A stretch of DNA of 64,000 nucleotides, from NCBI GenBank assembly GCA_033581555.1, contig JAVQSZ010000002.1, positions 64,001 through 128,000 of the forward strand, read 5' to 3'. The position numbers and the translations under genes are program-made. The notes below the pieces were generated by a model. It had not been told where the DNA came from. It ran no database searches and was given only the letters and a program-made list of their open reading frames with translations. Shown piece by piece: positions 1 to 9,684 of this stretch; the first letter of the stretch is position 1; each line of letters begins with the position of its first letter. Source of the stretch: Nitrososphaerota archaeon. Its GTDB lineage: Archaea > Thermoproteota > Nitrososphaeria_A > Caldarchaeales > Calditenuaceae.

Positions 1-543
1 CGAGAGGTACCTCACGCGTCCCCGTTCCTTGTCAACGGTCGCGATCAAGAAGTTCTTCTTCACCGTGGTAGAGAGCCTCCCGGCCCTGACGATGTCCGTC
101 GCCCAGAGCTGTTCGTCCTCCGACCTGACCAGTACGATGAAGGGCGCGTGGTCTATGCCTGGTCCGTACACGTAGACCGCGAAGTCGCTCCCGAACTTGA
201 TGCCCGTGCTGACGTAGTAACCCCTCTTCCTCAGGTCCCTGTAGACCGAGTAGAGGTCGTCGTACTTCGTGTAGTTCGCCCTCCCGACCTCCGCGACCTC
301 CTCGGCGGTCATCCTCCTCCCGTCCTTGTAGACCTCAAGGTACCCCTCCTCGACCAGATACCTGGCCTCGATCAGGTCTAGCACGAGCGGCTCGTCGAAG
401 TCCGTGCCCTTGGGCTTGGGGACGCCGAGCGGCTTCCCGAAGTACCCGAGGGAGTAGACCGCCCTCGCCTGGGCCCTGTCGAAGACCACTACGCTTCCCT
501 CGACGTAATCGCCCCTGAAGGGAGGCCTTGCCTCCGCGTCCAT
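1..543 (-). CDS. endA: tRNA intron (splicing) endonuclease, 3' end runs off the window
   Basis: Manual translation from ATG at 543: MDAEARPP...GYFGKPLG...LDLIEARYL...VYRDLRKRGYYVSTGIKFGSDFAVYVYGPGIDHAPF. These are the EndA catalytic GxKFGxDFxVY and His motifs. Not in the ORF track because it is truncated. Confidence 0.9.
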   Translation of the reverse strand, partial: MDAEARPPFRGDYVEGSVVVFDRAQARAVYSLGYFGKPLGVPKPKGTDFDEPLVLDLIEARYLVEEGYLEVYKDGRRMTAEEVAEVGRANYTKYDDLYSVYRDLRKRGYYVSTGIKFGSDFAVYVYGPGIDHAPFIVLVRSEDEQLWATDIVRAGRLSTTVKKNFLIATVDKERGRVRYLS

Positions 544-549
544 CCCCTG

Positions 550-1224
550 CTACCGGTAAAGGATGCTCAGGACGTCCGCGGCCTCCTCGGAGATGTCCGA
601 GACCGACTCGAGGAGGTCCACGATCTCCCTCAGGAGCAGCGTGTGGGCGGTGAGCTGGCCCCTCCTCAGAATATCGATCCCCGTCCTCCGGTAGATGTCG
701 TCGACCCTCTTCTCGTGCGCCTTGACCTCCCTCAGCTTCTGGTAACCCTGAGCCGAGTCCATCTCGAGCGCAGTGATCGCCCTGTTGAGCGTCTCGAGGC
801 AGACCCCCACCTCCTCGAGTAGGTCCACGACCGGCCTCAGGGCCTCGCCCTCGGGCCTCCCGAGCTCGACGAGGCTGAGGGTCCTATAGGCAACCCCCTC
901 GAGCCTGTCGGGGACCTTGTCGAGGCAGCCCAGTAGCCTGATGAAGTCGCCCCGCTCGACCAGAAGCGCCCCCGCCTCGAGGATCCTCTCCTCCGCCTCG
1001 GACTTCAAGGCTTTGCACTCGTCGTCGAGCTTGAGGATCTCGTTGAACTTCTGCTGGAGGAAGGACTTGTCAGCGCCGCCCTCGACGAGCACTTCCATCA
1101 TCGCCCCTAGGGCCCTCAGCATCTGGATCGACTTCCTGGTGTGGTCCTTGGAGGTCATTAGGACGACCCTTCTGACGTCCTCGAGCTTCTGGCGTCCGAT
1201 GAAAGCCACGGTCATACTCCCCAA
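550..1224 (-). CDS. DUF47 / PhoU-like phosphate transport regulator
   Basis: Duplicated helical repeats LDDECKALK...LDKVPDRLE and HEKRVDDIYR...LESVSDISEEAAD. Confidence 0.75.
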   Translation of the reverse strand: MGSMTVAFIGRQKLEDVRRVVLMTSKDHTRKSIQMLRALGAMMEVLVEGGADKSFLQQKFNEILKLDDECKALKSEAEERILEAGALLVERGDFIRLLGCLDKVPDRLEGVAYRTLSLVELGRPEGEALRPVVDLLEEVGVCLETLNRAITALEMDSAQGYQKLREVKAHEKRVDDIYRRTGIDILRRGQLTAHTLLLREIVDLLESVSDISEEAADVLSILYR

Positions 1225-1315
1225 TGAGCGCTATTAACCCTTCACCCCGACCCTGCGAGACGCGCTGCCGGTCCTCGGTAACCTCTATCAGAGGGCGGCC
1301 ACCACTCGGGTCGCC

Positions 1316-2368
1316 ATGAGCCTTCCGAGCTACGTGGGCTCCATGAAGGGCAGGTCGTTCCTGAACACGAACGACTTCACGAGGGAGGAGATCGAGGAGG
1401 TCCTGAAGGCCGCGAGGGACCTGAGGGAGAAGTTCAGGTCACGGGTCCCTACGCCCTACCTCCCGGGGAGGACGCTCTTCATGCTCTTCTACAACAGGAG
1501 CCTAAGGACCAGGAACTCCTTCGAGGCCGGCATATTCCAGCTCGGGGGCCACGCGCACTTCCTCAGCCCTCAGGACGTCTACACCCCGACCCTCCCTGAG
1601 GATATGGTCCCGTATCAGACCGAGTCGATCGCGGACGTCGCGAGGGTCCTGAGCAGGTACGGCGACGCGATCGCGATCAGGATCTACGGGGACGCCGCGA
1701 AGTGGCACATAGGTAGGGGCCACAGGGTCGTGAGGGAGTTCGCAAAGTGGAGCTCGATCCCGGTGTTGAACATGGAGGACGACCTCTACCACCCGTTTCA
1801 GGCGCTCGCGGACATCATGGCCATCACCGACGTCGCCCCTAACCCGAGCGGGAAGAAGTTCGTCGTCTCCTACGCCTATTCAGGTGGGCTGAAGCCGCTC
1901 GCCGTCCCGCAGAGCTGCGTCCTGATAGGGACGATGTTCGGGATGGACGTGGTCCTGGCTCACCCGAAGGGCTTCGAGCTGGAGGAGGGAGTGATCAAGG
2001 CTTGCGAGGAGAACGTTGACAGGTACGGCGGGAGCTTCGAGGTCGTCCACGACATGAAGGAGGCCTTCGAGGGCGCGGACTTCGTCTACCCGAAGGCCTG
2101 GTCGCCAAGAGGCTTCTTCCCGCCGTACAACGGCAAGGTCGACAAGGAGGGCGCGGTGGAGTACCAGAACAGGTTCAAGGACTGGATCTGCACCCAGGAG
2201 CTGATGGACCTGACGAGGAGGGGGAAGTACATGCACTGCGGCCCGGCGGACAGGGGGCAGGAGGTGACGGACGACGTGATCGACAACCCCGAGTACTCGC
2301 TTTACTTCGAGCAGGCCGAGAACAGGCTGCACGTGCAGAAGGCAGTGATGTGCATGGTGATGGGCTAG
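1316..2368 (+). CDS. YgeW-like (knotted) carbamoyltransferase
   Basis: SLRT carbamoyl-phosphate motif, HPFQALAD and HCGPAD. The segments [29 protein letters not shown] and [11 protein letters not shown] parallel E. coli YgeW (recalled TWAYSPSYGKPLSVPQG, ADIVYPKSWAP) rather than OTC. Confidence 0.8.
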   Translation: MSLPSYVGSMKGRSFLNTNDFTREEIEEVLKAARDLREKFRSRVPTPYLPGRTLFMLFYNRSLRTRNSFEAGIFQLGGHAHFLSPQDVYTPTLPEDMVPYQTESIADVARVLSRYGDAIAIRIYGDAAKWHIGRGHRVVREFAKWSSIPVLNMEDDLYHPFQALADIMAITDVAPNPSGKKFVVSYAYSGGLKPLAVPQSCVLIGTMFGMDVVLAHPKGFELEEGVIKACEENVDRYGGSFEVVHDMKEAFEGADFVYPKAWSPRGFFPPYNGKVDKEGAVEYQNRFKDWICTQELMDLTRRGKYMHCGPADRGQEVTDDVIDNPEYSLYFEQAENRLHVQKAVMCMVMG

Positions 2369-3906
2369 CCCGCGCCCCTGGCCCCCAGCATCATCACTCC
2401 CACCTGCTCCAAGCTCGCCGAACCCCTCTCCAGTATTCCCACCATCTCGCCCTTGTACATCACGCCTATCCTGTCGCTCATCGCGAGGAGCTCCTCGAGG
2501 TCGTCGGAGAGGAGGACGATCGCGACGCCCTTCGACTTCAGGTCTAGGAGGAGCCTCCTGACGAAGTCGGTCGCCCCCACGTCGAGTCCTTTCGTCGGGT
2601 ACGCCGCGAGGACGAGCCGCGGCAGCTCTCCGGTCGGGCACGCGAAGAGCTCCCTCGCGATCACCAGCCTCTGGAGGTTGCCGCCGGAGAGGGTCTGGGC
2701 CTTCGCGGTCGCGGACCTAGTCACGATCGAGAGCTTCCCGATCAGCTCCTCGGACCTCCTCCTCATCAGCTTCCTGTTCAGTATCCCGGCCCTCGAGTAG
2801 GGAGGCCTCCTGTAGCACTTCAGCAAAAGGTTCTCGGCGACCTCCAAGCCCAGCCCTACGCCCTTCTGTGGCTCCGGGACGATCATCGAGACACCCTCGA
2901 GGACCAGGTCGTAGGTGTGCGCGTTAGTGACGTCCATCCCCATGAGGATTACCCTCCCCCTCGATACCTTCCTGAGCCCGTAGATCGCCTCGAGGAGCTC
3001 GTCCTGACCGTTCCCCGCCACCCCAGCTATCCCGAAGATCTCGCCCCTCCTGACGCTGAACGAGACCCCCTTCACTGCCAAGTGTCCCCTCTCGTCCCTC
3101 ACGTGGAGGTCCTCGACCACCAGGACCGGCTCTTGCGAGGGCGGAGGAGCGTGCGGGTAGGAGAGCCCCACCTCCCTCCCTATCATCAGGGAGACCAGCT
3201 CCTTCATGGAGACCTCGCTAGTCCTCCTGACCGCGACGACCCTCCCCTTCCTCATCACAGTCACCCTGTCGCTCACCCTCATCACCTCCTCCAGCTTGTG
3301 CGTCACCAACACGACCCCCATCCCGGAGTTGGCCATCGCCCTCACGCTCTCAAAGAACTGGGCGGTCTCCTGGGGCGTGAGGATCGACGTAGGCTCGTCG
3401 AGGATGAGGACCTTCGCCCTCCTCACGAGCATCTTGAGGATCTCGACCTGCTGCTTCTGGGAGGCGGTCAGCTGCCAGACGTAGTCGTCGGGGCTCACGT
3501 TCCAGCCGTACCTCGCGACCAGCTCCGAGAGCATCGACCTCAACTTGCCGTAGTCGAGCACGATCCCGGCCTCCTTCAGGCCCAGGACGACGTTCTCGAG
3601 GACCGAGTGCTTGGGGATCAGCTTGAACTGCTGGTGGACCATCCCGAGTCCGTGCCTTATCGCGTCCTTCGGCGACCTAATGTTGACCCTCCTGCCCTCT
3701 ATGAGGATCTCGCCCTCGTCCTTGCTGTAGAGCCCGTAGAGTATGTTCATCAGCGTCGTCTTCCCCGCTCCGTTCTCGCCCAGCAGCGCGTGGACCTCTC
3801 CCGCGTAGAGGGTGAAGTCGACCCCGTCGTTGGCCACGACCCCTCCCGGGAACCTCTTCGTTATCCCCCTCATCTCGACCAGGGGGATCAGCTGGGGATC
3901 CGTCAA
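2365..3906 (-). CDS. CUT2-type (nucleoside/sugar) ABC transporter ATP-binding protein with tandem ABC domains
   Basis: [36 protein letters not shown]. Start placed at TTG 3906; the ORF-track extension overlaps the next gene. Confidence 0.9.
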   Translation of the reverse strand: MTDPQLIPLVEMRGITKRFPGGVVANDGVDFTLYAGEVHALLGENGAGKTTLMNILYGLYSKDEGEILIEGRRVNIRSPKDAIRHGLGMVHQQFKLIPKHSVLENVVLGLKEAGIVLDYGKLRSMLSELVARYGWNVSPDDYVWQLTASQKQQVEILKMLVRRAKVLILDEPTSILTPQETAQFFESVRAMANSGMGVVLVTHKLEEVMRVSDRVTVMRKGRVVAVRRTSEVSMKELVSLMIGREVGLSYPHAPPPSQEPVLVVEDLHVRDERGHLAVKGVSFSVRRGEIFGIAGVAGNGQDELLEAIYGLRKVSRGRVILMGMDVTNAHTYDLVLEGVSMIVPEPQKGVGLGLEVAENLLLKCYRRPPYSRAGILNRKLMRRRSEELIGKLSIVTRSATAKAQTLSGGNLQRLVIARELFACPTGELPRLVLAAYPTKGLDVGATDFVRRLLLDLKSKGVAIVLLSDDLEELLAMSDRIGVMYKGEMVGILERGSASLEQVGVMMLGARGAG

Positions 3907-3977
3907 CTCGTTATAGTGAATGCCGTTCAGCAATAAAAGAGTGATGGACGGTGCGCTGCGGTTTTGACGGCATGAGG

Positions 3978-4208
3978 TCAAACGACGACCGCGGTCTCCG
4001 TCCTCTCGACCCCCTCGACGGCGTGGACGCGCTCGACGATCAAGGACCCGAGGGCCTGCAGGTCGGACGCCTCGACGAAGGCGATAACGTCGTACCTCCC
4101 CGTGACGTTGCAGACAGCGAGGCATCCCTGGACCTTCGTGAGCTCCTGGGCGACCCTCTTCGCGTAGCCAGGCTTGGTCCTGATCAGTACGTACGCTTGA
4201 ACGGGCAT
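3978..4208 (-). CDS. Stand-alone Lrp/AsnC ligand-binding (RAM) domain protein
   Basis: AYVLI...[13 protein letters not shown]...GVERTET is the RAM-domain pattern; no HTH. Confidence 0.85.
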   Translation of the reverse strand: MPVQAYVLIRTKPGYAKRVAQELTKVQGCLAVCNVTGRYDVIAFVEASDLQALGSLIVERVHAVEGVERTETAVVV

Positions 4209-4249
4209 CTCACCGCACCAACACCCCCGTCAGTATAAGTCTTCCGCGG

Positions 4250-5446
4250 TCAGTATGTCAGCCTCCCGAGAAGGGTCAGCTTGACGGCCTCACCGAACGT
4301 CGCGTGGGCGCCGGGCGGGACGACTAGGAACGCGTTCGCCCTGGACGCGGTGTAGAGGTTGTTGACGCCCTTAGGGAGCACCTTCGCCCTGACCCCCTCT
4401 CCGGATGGCTCAAGCGATGCGAAGTAGACGCTGCTGACGCCCGGTCTTCCGGGAGCGTCGCCGTCCAGACCGGCAGCGAGCTCGGGTGGAGGCGACCTGA
4501 GGCGGTAGAGGGACCTCAGGTAGGGCGCCCCGATCAGATGGAGGCCAGCGATCGCGGCTGTCAGGGAGCCGGGAAGGATTAGCCAGCTCCGCTCCCTCAC
4601 CATCACCAAGCCGACCGGCTTGCCGGGGTGGAGCCGCACGCCGTGGAAGAGGACCTCTGCGCCCTCCATCTCCGCGTAGGCTTTCCGGACGACGTCGTTG
4701 CTCCCGCTCGAGGCCCTCCCGACGGTGACGACCAGGTCGTTGGTCTCAGCGGCCCCCTTCACCCTGCCCACCAACCCGTCGACCTCGTCCCCGACCGCTT
4801 CGATCGAGGTAACATCGCAGCCCATCTGGCGGAGGTACGATGCGACGACGTGGGCGTAGTCGTTCGGGATGGCCCTCCCCGACTCGCTCAGGAGCTCACC
4901 GCCGACCGAGATCACGGCACACCTCGGCCTCCTGTACACGGAGACCCTCCTTACGCCCAGCTCCGAGAGGACGGCGACCTGCGGAGGCCTGAGGAGCTCG
5001 CCGCGCTCGACGACCCGATCGCCGGCCCTGAAGAATGAACCCCTCCTCTCGACGTTCTCCCACCTCTCGGCCATCCCCCTGAAAACCAGCTTCTGGCCCT
5101 CGAGCTTGACGTGCTCCGTCCTGATCACGACGTCCGATCCCGGCGGGATCGGCTGTCCGGTGAGGACGCTCACCGCCCACGGCCCATCCCCCGGAGACTC
5201 CGAGAGCTTGAGCCTCACCGCGCCCCCGCCGTCCCTCCGCTCGAGGAACTCGAACTTGGTCGCGAAGCCGTCGAGGGCCGCCCTGTCGACTCCGGGGACG
5301 TCGGAGCCCGAGAAGACCGGCTCTGCGACGACGCGACCTACCGCCTCCTCGATCGGCAGCTCGATCAGCTCCAGCGTCCTCCGGGACCCCGCGGAGACTG
5401 CAGCCCTCTGGGCCTCCTCGAGGGTCACCAGCTTCAGCGCACTCAC
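4250..5446 (-). CDS. moeA: Molybdopterin molybdotransferase MoeA
   Basis: GRVVAE, DRAALDGFA, TGQPIP, GGEL, HPGKP, LPG motifs; GTG start at 5446. Confidence 0.85.
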   Translation of the reverse strand: MSALKLVTLEEAQRAAVSAGSRRTLELIELPIEEAVGRVVAEPVFSGSDVPGVDRAALDGFATKFEFLERRDGGGAVRLKLSESPGDGPWAVSVLTGQPIPPGSDVVIRTEHVKLEGQKLVFRGMAERWENVERRGSFFRAGDRVVERGELLRPPQVAVLSELGVRRVSVYRRPRCAVISVGGELLSESGRAIPNDYAHVVASYLRQMGCDVTSIEAVGDEVDGLVGRVKGAAETNDLVVTVGRASSGSNDVVRKAYAEMEGAEVLFHGVRLHPGKPVGLVMVRERSWLILPGSLTAAIAGLHLIGAPYLRSLYRLRSPPPELAAGLDGDAPGRPGVSSVYFASLEPSGEGVRAKVLPKGVNNLYTASRANAFLVVPPGAHATFGEAVKLTLLGRLTY

Positions 5447-5453
5447 CGAGACC

Positions 5454-5948
5454 TCACCCGGTGGGCCCGCGGACCACCCGCAGGACCTCCGAGAGGAGCT
5501 CGTCGAACTGATCCGGCAGGAGGTACCTCGCCGATGGGTTGGGCGCAAAGGAGACCGGGATGTCGTTCGGTCCCACGTCCTCCCCCTCCTCTCTGAGCAC
5601 CCTGATCCTGACGACGCCCTCGGAATCCTGAGGCATCATCGACTGGAAGCCCTCGACGACGAGGAAGTCCACGTCGCCCGCGAGCGCCCTCAAGTCCCCG
5701 ACCCCCCTAATCGCGACGGACCTGTGGATCACCGCGGTCTCCCTCGGGGAGGAGACGATCACCGGGTCGGCACCGGACTGGTAAAGCCTCCAGCTGTCGG
5801 ACCCCTCCCTTTCGATCGTGAAGTCGGCGTGGTGGACGTGCTTCGCCGCCGCGACCCTGTACCCCATCGACCTGAGCGCCGAGACGATCATCGAGGCGAG
5901 CCTCGTCTTACCTGCCTTCTTGAACCCGAAGACCGCTATGACCCACAC
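5454..5948 (-). CDS. mobB: Molybdopterin-guanine dinucleotide biosynthesis protein B
   Basis: GFKKAGKT P-loop, AKHVHH, GSDSWR, DFLVVEGF; start approximate. Confidence 0.85.
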   Translation of the reverse strand: MWVIAVFGFKKAGKTRLASMIVSALRSMGYRVAAAKHVHHADFTIEREGSDSWRLYQSGADPVIVSSPRETAVIHRSVAIRGVGDLRALAGDVDFLVVEGFQSMMPQDSEGVVRIRVLREEGEDVGPNDIPVSFAPNPSARYLLPDQFDELLSEVLRVVRGPTG

Positions 5949-6034
5949 CGGCTCCTCAACGCCCCGGACCGTGAAAAGCTTAACCCGATCCCTCCCGGTT
6001 TTCATCTTATTACTCACGGCGAGGTATTCGAAGT

Positions 6035-7042
6035 GTGGGCTCGATACCCCGTCTCGGGCTCTATCTTCAGGACATGCACGTCAGGGAAATGATGAGGTAC
6101 GCGCAGATCGCTGAGGAGCAAGGTTTCGAGTCGGTTTGGATCGCCGAGTCCAGGCTCTCGAGAGACGCGATAGTCCCGATGACCGCCATCGCCGCCGTGA
6201 CAGAGAGGATCAAAGTTGGAGCGGGCGTGATCAACACCTGGACAAGGAACGCCGCGTTGATCGCTCAGACATTCGCGACCCTCGACGAGCTCGCCGACGA
6301 CAGGATCCTGCTGGGCCTCGGGGCTTGGTGGGACCCGCTCGCGTGGAAGGTCGGGATCGAGAGGAGGGAGCCCCTTAAGTGCATGAGGGAGTACGTCGAG
6401 ACGATCAGGAGGCTCCTCAGGATGGAGGAGGTGACCCATGAGGGCGAGTTCGTCAAGCTGAGGGGCGTGAGGCTGGACGTCCTGCACGGCAAGGGTCCGG
6501 TCCCGAGGAACGTCCCGATCTACATCGGCGCCACCGGGTTCAAGATGATGGAGCTATCGGGCGAGATAGCGGACGGCGTCCTCCTCAACTACTTGGTCTC
6601 GCCTCTTTACAACGACAAGGCCATCGAGCACATCAAGGTCGGGGCCGCGAGGGCCAAGAGGAGGCTGGAGGACATCGACAGGCCCCAGCTGATAGCCTGC
6701 TCGGTCCACGAGGACGGCGACTACGCCGTCAAGCTCGCGAAGAAGCACGTAACGATGACCCTCGGCCAGCAGCCCCACATCATGAAGGCGAGCGGCGTGA
6801 GAGAGGACCTAATCGAGGAGGTTCAGAGGGCGATGGGCGGATGGCCCGCGAAGCCTGGCGGGATCGAGAGGGCGATGGAGATCGTCCCGGACGACGTCGT
6901 GAGGCTCATTACGGCATCGGGCACGCCGTCCGAGGTGAAGAGGAAGATCGAAGAGTACATGGCCCACGGCTGCACCGCGCCCCTCATCCTCCCGCTGAGC
7001 GGCGACGTCGAGTACGCGATTAGGGCCCTCGCAGCCCTCTGA
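6035..7042 (+). CDS. LLM-class (luciferase-like, Mer/F420-type) flavin-dependent oxidoreductase
   Basis: [57 protein letters not shown]. Confidence 0.9.
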   Translation: MGSIPRLGLYLQDMHVREMMRYAQIAEEQGFESVWIAESRLSRDAIVPMTAIAAVTERIKVGAGVINTWTRNAALIAQTFATLDELADDRILLGLGAWWDPLAWKVGIERREPLKCMREYVETIRRLLRMEEVTHEGEFVKLRGVRLDVLHGKGPVPRNVPIYIGATGFKMMELSGEIADGVLLNYLVSPLYNDKAIEHIKVGAARAKRRLEDIDRPQLIACSVHEDGDYAVKLAKKHVTMTLGQQPHIMKASGVREDLIEEVQRAMGGWPAKPGGIERAMEIVPDDVVRLITASGTPSEVKRKIEEYMAHGCTAPLILPLSGDVEYAIRALAAL

Positions 7043-7051
7043 GGTGGGACG

Positions 7052-8422
7052 ATGAAGTCCGAGAGGAAGCTGGTCAGGGGCGGAGTGTTAGTCACGATGG
7101 ACGACGAGCTCGGCGTGATCAGGGACGGAGCCGTCCTGGTCGAGGGCGAGAGGATAGCCGCGGTCGGGAAGGCCGACGAGTTGACGAGGACGGAGAAGGT
7201 CGACGAGGTCGTCGACGCGAGGGGGAGCTTCGTGCTTCCGGGGCTGATCTGCGGCCACACCCATCTGTACGGGATCGCGCTGAGGGGATCCGGCCTGAAG
7301 GTCGAGCCGCCGACTGACTTCCTCCAGATCCTCCAGAGGGTCTGGTGGCCGCTGGACGAGAGGCTGGACAACGAGGCGGCTTACGCGACGGCCCTGGCCG
7401 CGTCCATGGAGATGGCCCTCACCGGGACCACCTGCTTCGCCGACACGTACTCCGCGCCCAACGGAATCGAGGGGTCCCTCGACGCGATCGCAAGGGCGGT
7501 CGACGAGGTCGGGATCAGGGGCCTGATCTCCTTCGAGGCGACGGAGAGGCGGAGCGGCGATGAGGGCCTTAGGGGGCTGAAGGAGAACGAGCGGTTCCTC
7601 TCGAGCTCATCCTCGCGGAGGGCGATGGGGATGGTGAGCGTCCACGCGTCCTTCACGGTCACCGACGAGCTGATCGAGAGGGCCGTAGAACTCTCGAGGC
7701 GGTTCGACTGCCCGATCACGGTCCACGTCTCCGAGGGGCCGAACGACGTCTACCACAACATCGAGAGGTACGGCATCAGGACCGTCGAGAGGCTCGAGGG
7801 GCTGGGGTTGCTCTCGCCGAGGGCTGTCCTGGCCCACTGCGTCCACCTCTCACCGAAGGAGATATCGATCCTCGCGAGGACGGGGGCGAACGTCGCCCAC
7901 AACCCGATGAGCAACATGCTGAACGCCGTGGGCGTCTCCCCGGTCCCGGAGATGCTCAGGGAGGGCGTGAACGTCTGCCTCGGGAACGACGGCTACGTCT
8001 TCGACGCCTTCGAGAACGCGAGGGCCGCGTTCCTGGTCCACAGGGTCCACAGGAGGGACCCGACCGCGCTCTCCGCGAAGGTGGTGCTAGAGATGGCGAC
8101 CGTCAGGGCTGCTGGGGCTTACGGCCTGAAGGACCTAGGGTCCCTGAGGCCCGGGAAGCTCGCGGACCTGATCGTCGTGAGGCCGACCGTAATGGCTACG
8201 CCCCTCACCGGAGACCCGTACTCCTACGTCGTCAACGGGCTGAGGGGATCGGACGTAAGGCTCGTGATGGTCGGCGGCGAGGTCGTCGCTAGAGACGGGA
8301 GGCTCACGAGGCTCGACCAGAGGGAGGCGGAGGAGAGGGTCCTCAGGTCGATCGAGAGGCTCTGGGAGAAGTTGGGCGAGGGGCCGCTCAGGGCCGTCGA
8401 GCCTCTGCGCGGAGGTGCGTGA
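7052..8422 (+). CDS. ssnA: SsnA-like amidohydrolase (Atz/Trz family)
   Basis: PGLICGHTHLY, DFLQILQRVWWPLD, IEGSL, FEATER, HASFT, HVSE, AHCVH, HNPMSNM, LGNDG; closely parallels recalled E. coli SsnA. Confidence 0.75.
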   Translation: MKSERKLVRGGVLVTMDDELGVIRDGAVLVEGERIAAVGKADELTRTEKVDEVVDARGSFVLPGLICGHTHLYGIALRGSGLKVEPPTDFLQILQRVWWPLDERLDNEAAYATALAASMEMALTGTTCFADTYSAPNGIEGSLDAIARAVDEVGIRGLISFEATERRSGDEGLRGLKENERFLSSSSSRRAMGMVSVHASFTVTDELIERAVELSRRFDCPITVHVSEGPNDVYHNIERYGIRTVERLEGLGLLSPRAVLAHCVHLSPKEISILARTGANVAHNPMSNMLNAVGVSPVPEMLREGVNVCLGNDGYVFDAFENARAAFLVHRVHRRDPTALSAKVVLEMATVRAAGAYGLKDLGSLRPGKLADLIVVRPTVMATPLTGDPYSYVVNGLRGSDVRLVMVGGEVVARDGRLTRLDQREAEERVLRSIERLWEKLGEGPLRAVEPLRGGA

Positions 8423-9684
8423 GCGTGTCCTTCGTCAGGGAGCTGGTCTGCTCGAGGTGCGGAAGGAGCTACCTGCCGACCGAGAGGCCGGTCCTCTGCG
8501 CCTCCAGGGACCTCGGGAGGCTCGACGTGGTCTACGACTACGAGGAGCTGAAGGAGTTCCTGACCAGGGAGGCGGTCTCGAGGAGGCCTTGGGCCGGAGG
8601 GGTCTGGAGGTACTGGGAACTGCTCCCTGCCGCGATGGAGTTCGGCGCGCCCTTCGACGAGGGCCTGACACCGCTGTTCTGCGCCAGGAGGCTCAACGAC
8701 CACCTCGGCCTGAGGAGGATGAGGCTGAAGGACGAGACCCGGAACCCCACGAGCTCCTTCAAGGACAGGGCGATGGCCGTGGGAGCCGCGAAGGCCGCCG
8801 AGTGGGGTGCGGAGACGGTTGTGACCGCATCGAGCGGGAACGCTGCCTCAGCGCTAGCCGCATACGCAGCGAGCCTGGGCCTGAAGTGCGTCGCGTTCGT
8901 CCCCGAGAACGTCTCGCTCGGGAAGGCGGCGCAGCTGATCTCCTACGGCGCGAGGCTCTTCAGGGTCAAGTCGGTCGAGGAGGGGAGGGACCCGACGGTC
9001 CAGGCGATGCTGAGAGCGGTCGAGGAGTTCGGGTGGTACCCCTGTCCGAGCTTCGGCCCCTTCAACCCGTACCAGGTCGAGGGCCCCAAGACCATCGTCT
9101 ACGAGGTCGCGGAGCAGTTGGGCTGGAGGTTCCCGGACGCGTTCATCGTCCCGACTGGCTCGGGGTGCCTTCTCGCGGGGATCTGGAAGGGCGTGAGGGA
9201 TCTGGTCGAGCTGGGGCTCGTTGAGGGCGAGATGCCGAGGTTGATAGCGGTCCAGCCGGAGGGGAACCAGCCCCTGGTGAGGGCTGTCAGGAAGGGACTC
9301 TCCTTCAGCGATGTCGTGCCCGAGAGGTCGCCCAAGTCGATCGCCTCCGGGTTGCTGGACCCGTACCCCTGGGACGGCGACGCGGCGATGGAGGGGATAA
9401 GGAGGACCGGTGGGACAGGGGTCGCGGTCACCGACGAGGAGATCCTCGAGGCGGTCAAGCTCCTAGCCAGCAAAGCAGGCGTCTTCGCGGAGCCCTCGGG
9501 CGCGGTCGGAGTCGCGGCCGCGGTGAGGCTGCAGGACGAGGGCCACCTCGACGGGTCGGACGAGGTAGTAGTGCTGGTCACGGGTTCGGGGCTGAAGGAG
9601 GTCGAGAAGCTGGTCCCGACGGTCGGTGAGATACCGCTGATAACGCCTGACGTCGAGCAGTTGAGGCGCTACCTGGGGACCTGA
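8419..9684 (+). CDS. Threonine-synthase-like PLP enzyme (fold type II)
   Basis: N-terminal CxxC, NPTSSFKDR (PLP lysine), ASSGNA, EGPKT, PTGSG, EPSGA, TGSGLK; 4-bp overlap with the ssnA-like gene. Confidence 0.85.
   Translation: MSVSFVRELVCSRCGRSYLPTERPVLCASRDLGRLDVVYDYEELKEFLTREAVSRRPWAGGVWRYWELLPAAMEFGAPFDEGLTPLFCARRLNDHLGLRRMRLKDETRNPTSSFKDRAMAVGAAKAAEWGAETVVTASSGNAASALAAYAASLGLKCVAFVPENVSLGKAAQLISYGARLFRVKSVEEGRDPTVQAMLRAVEEFGWYPCPSFGPFNPYQVEGPKTIVYEVAEQLGWRFPDAFIVPTGSGCLLAGIWKGVRDLVELGLVEGEMPRLIAVQPEGNQPLVRAVRKGLSFSDVVPERSPKSIASGLLDPYPWDGDAAMEGIRRTGGTGVAVTDEEILEAVKLLASKAGVFAEPSGAVGVAAAVRLQDEGHLDGSDEVVVLVTGSGLKEVEKLVPTVGEIPLITPDVEQLRRYLGT

Noticed and set aside
148-381. 77-aa plus-strand ORF
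   Set aside because: Antisense shadow of the truncated endA gene.
1316-2368. Annotation as argF (arginine biosynthesis)
   Set aside because: It lacks the OTC DxxxSMG loop, has YgeW-like loops, and no arg genes are nearby.
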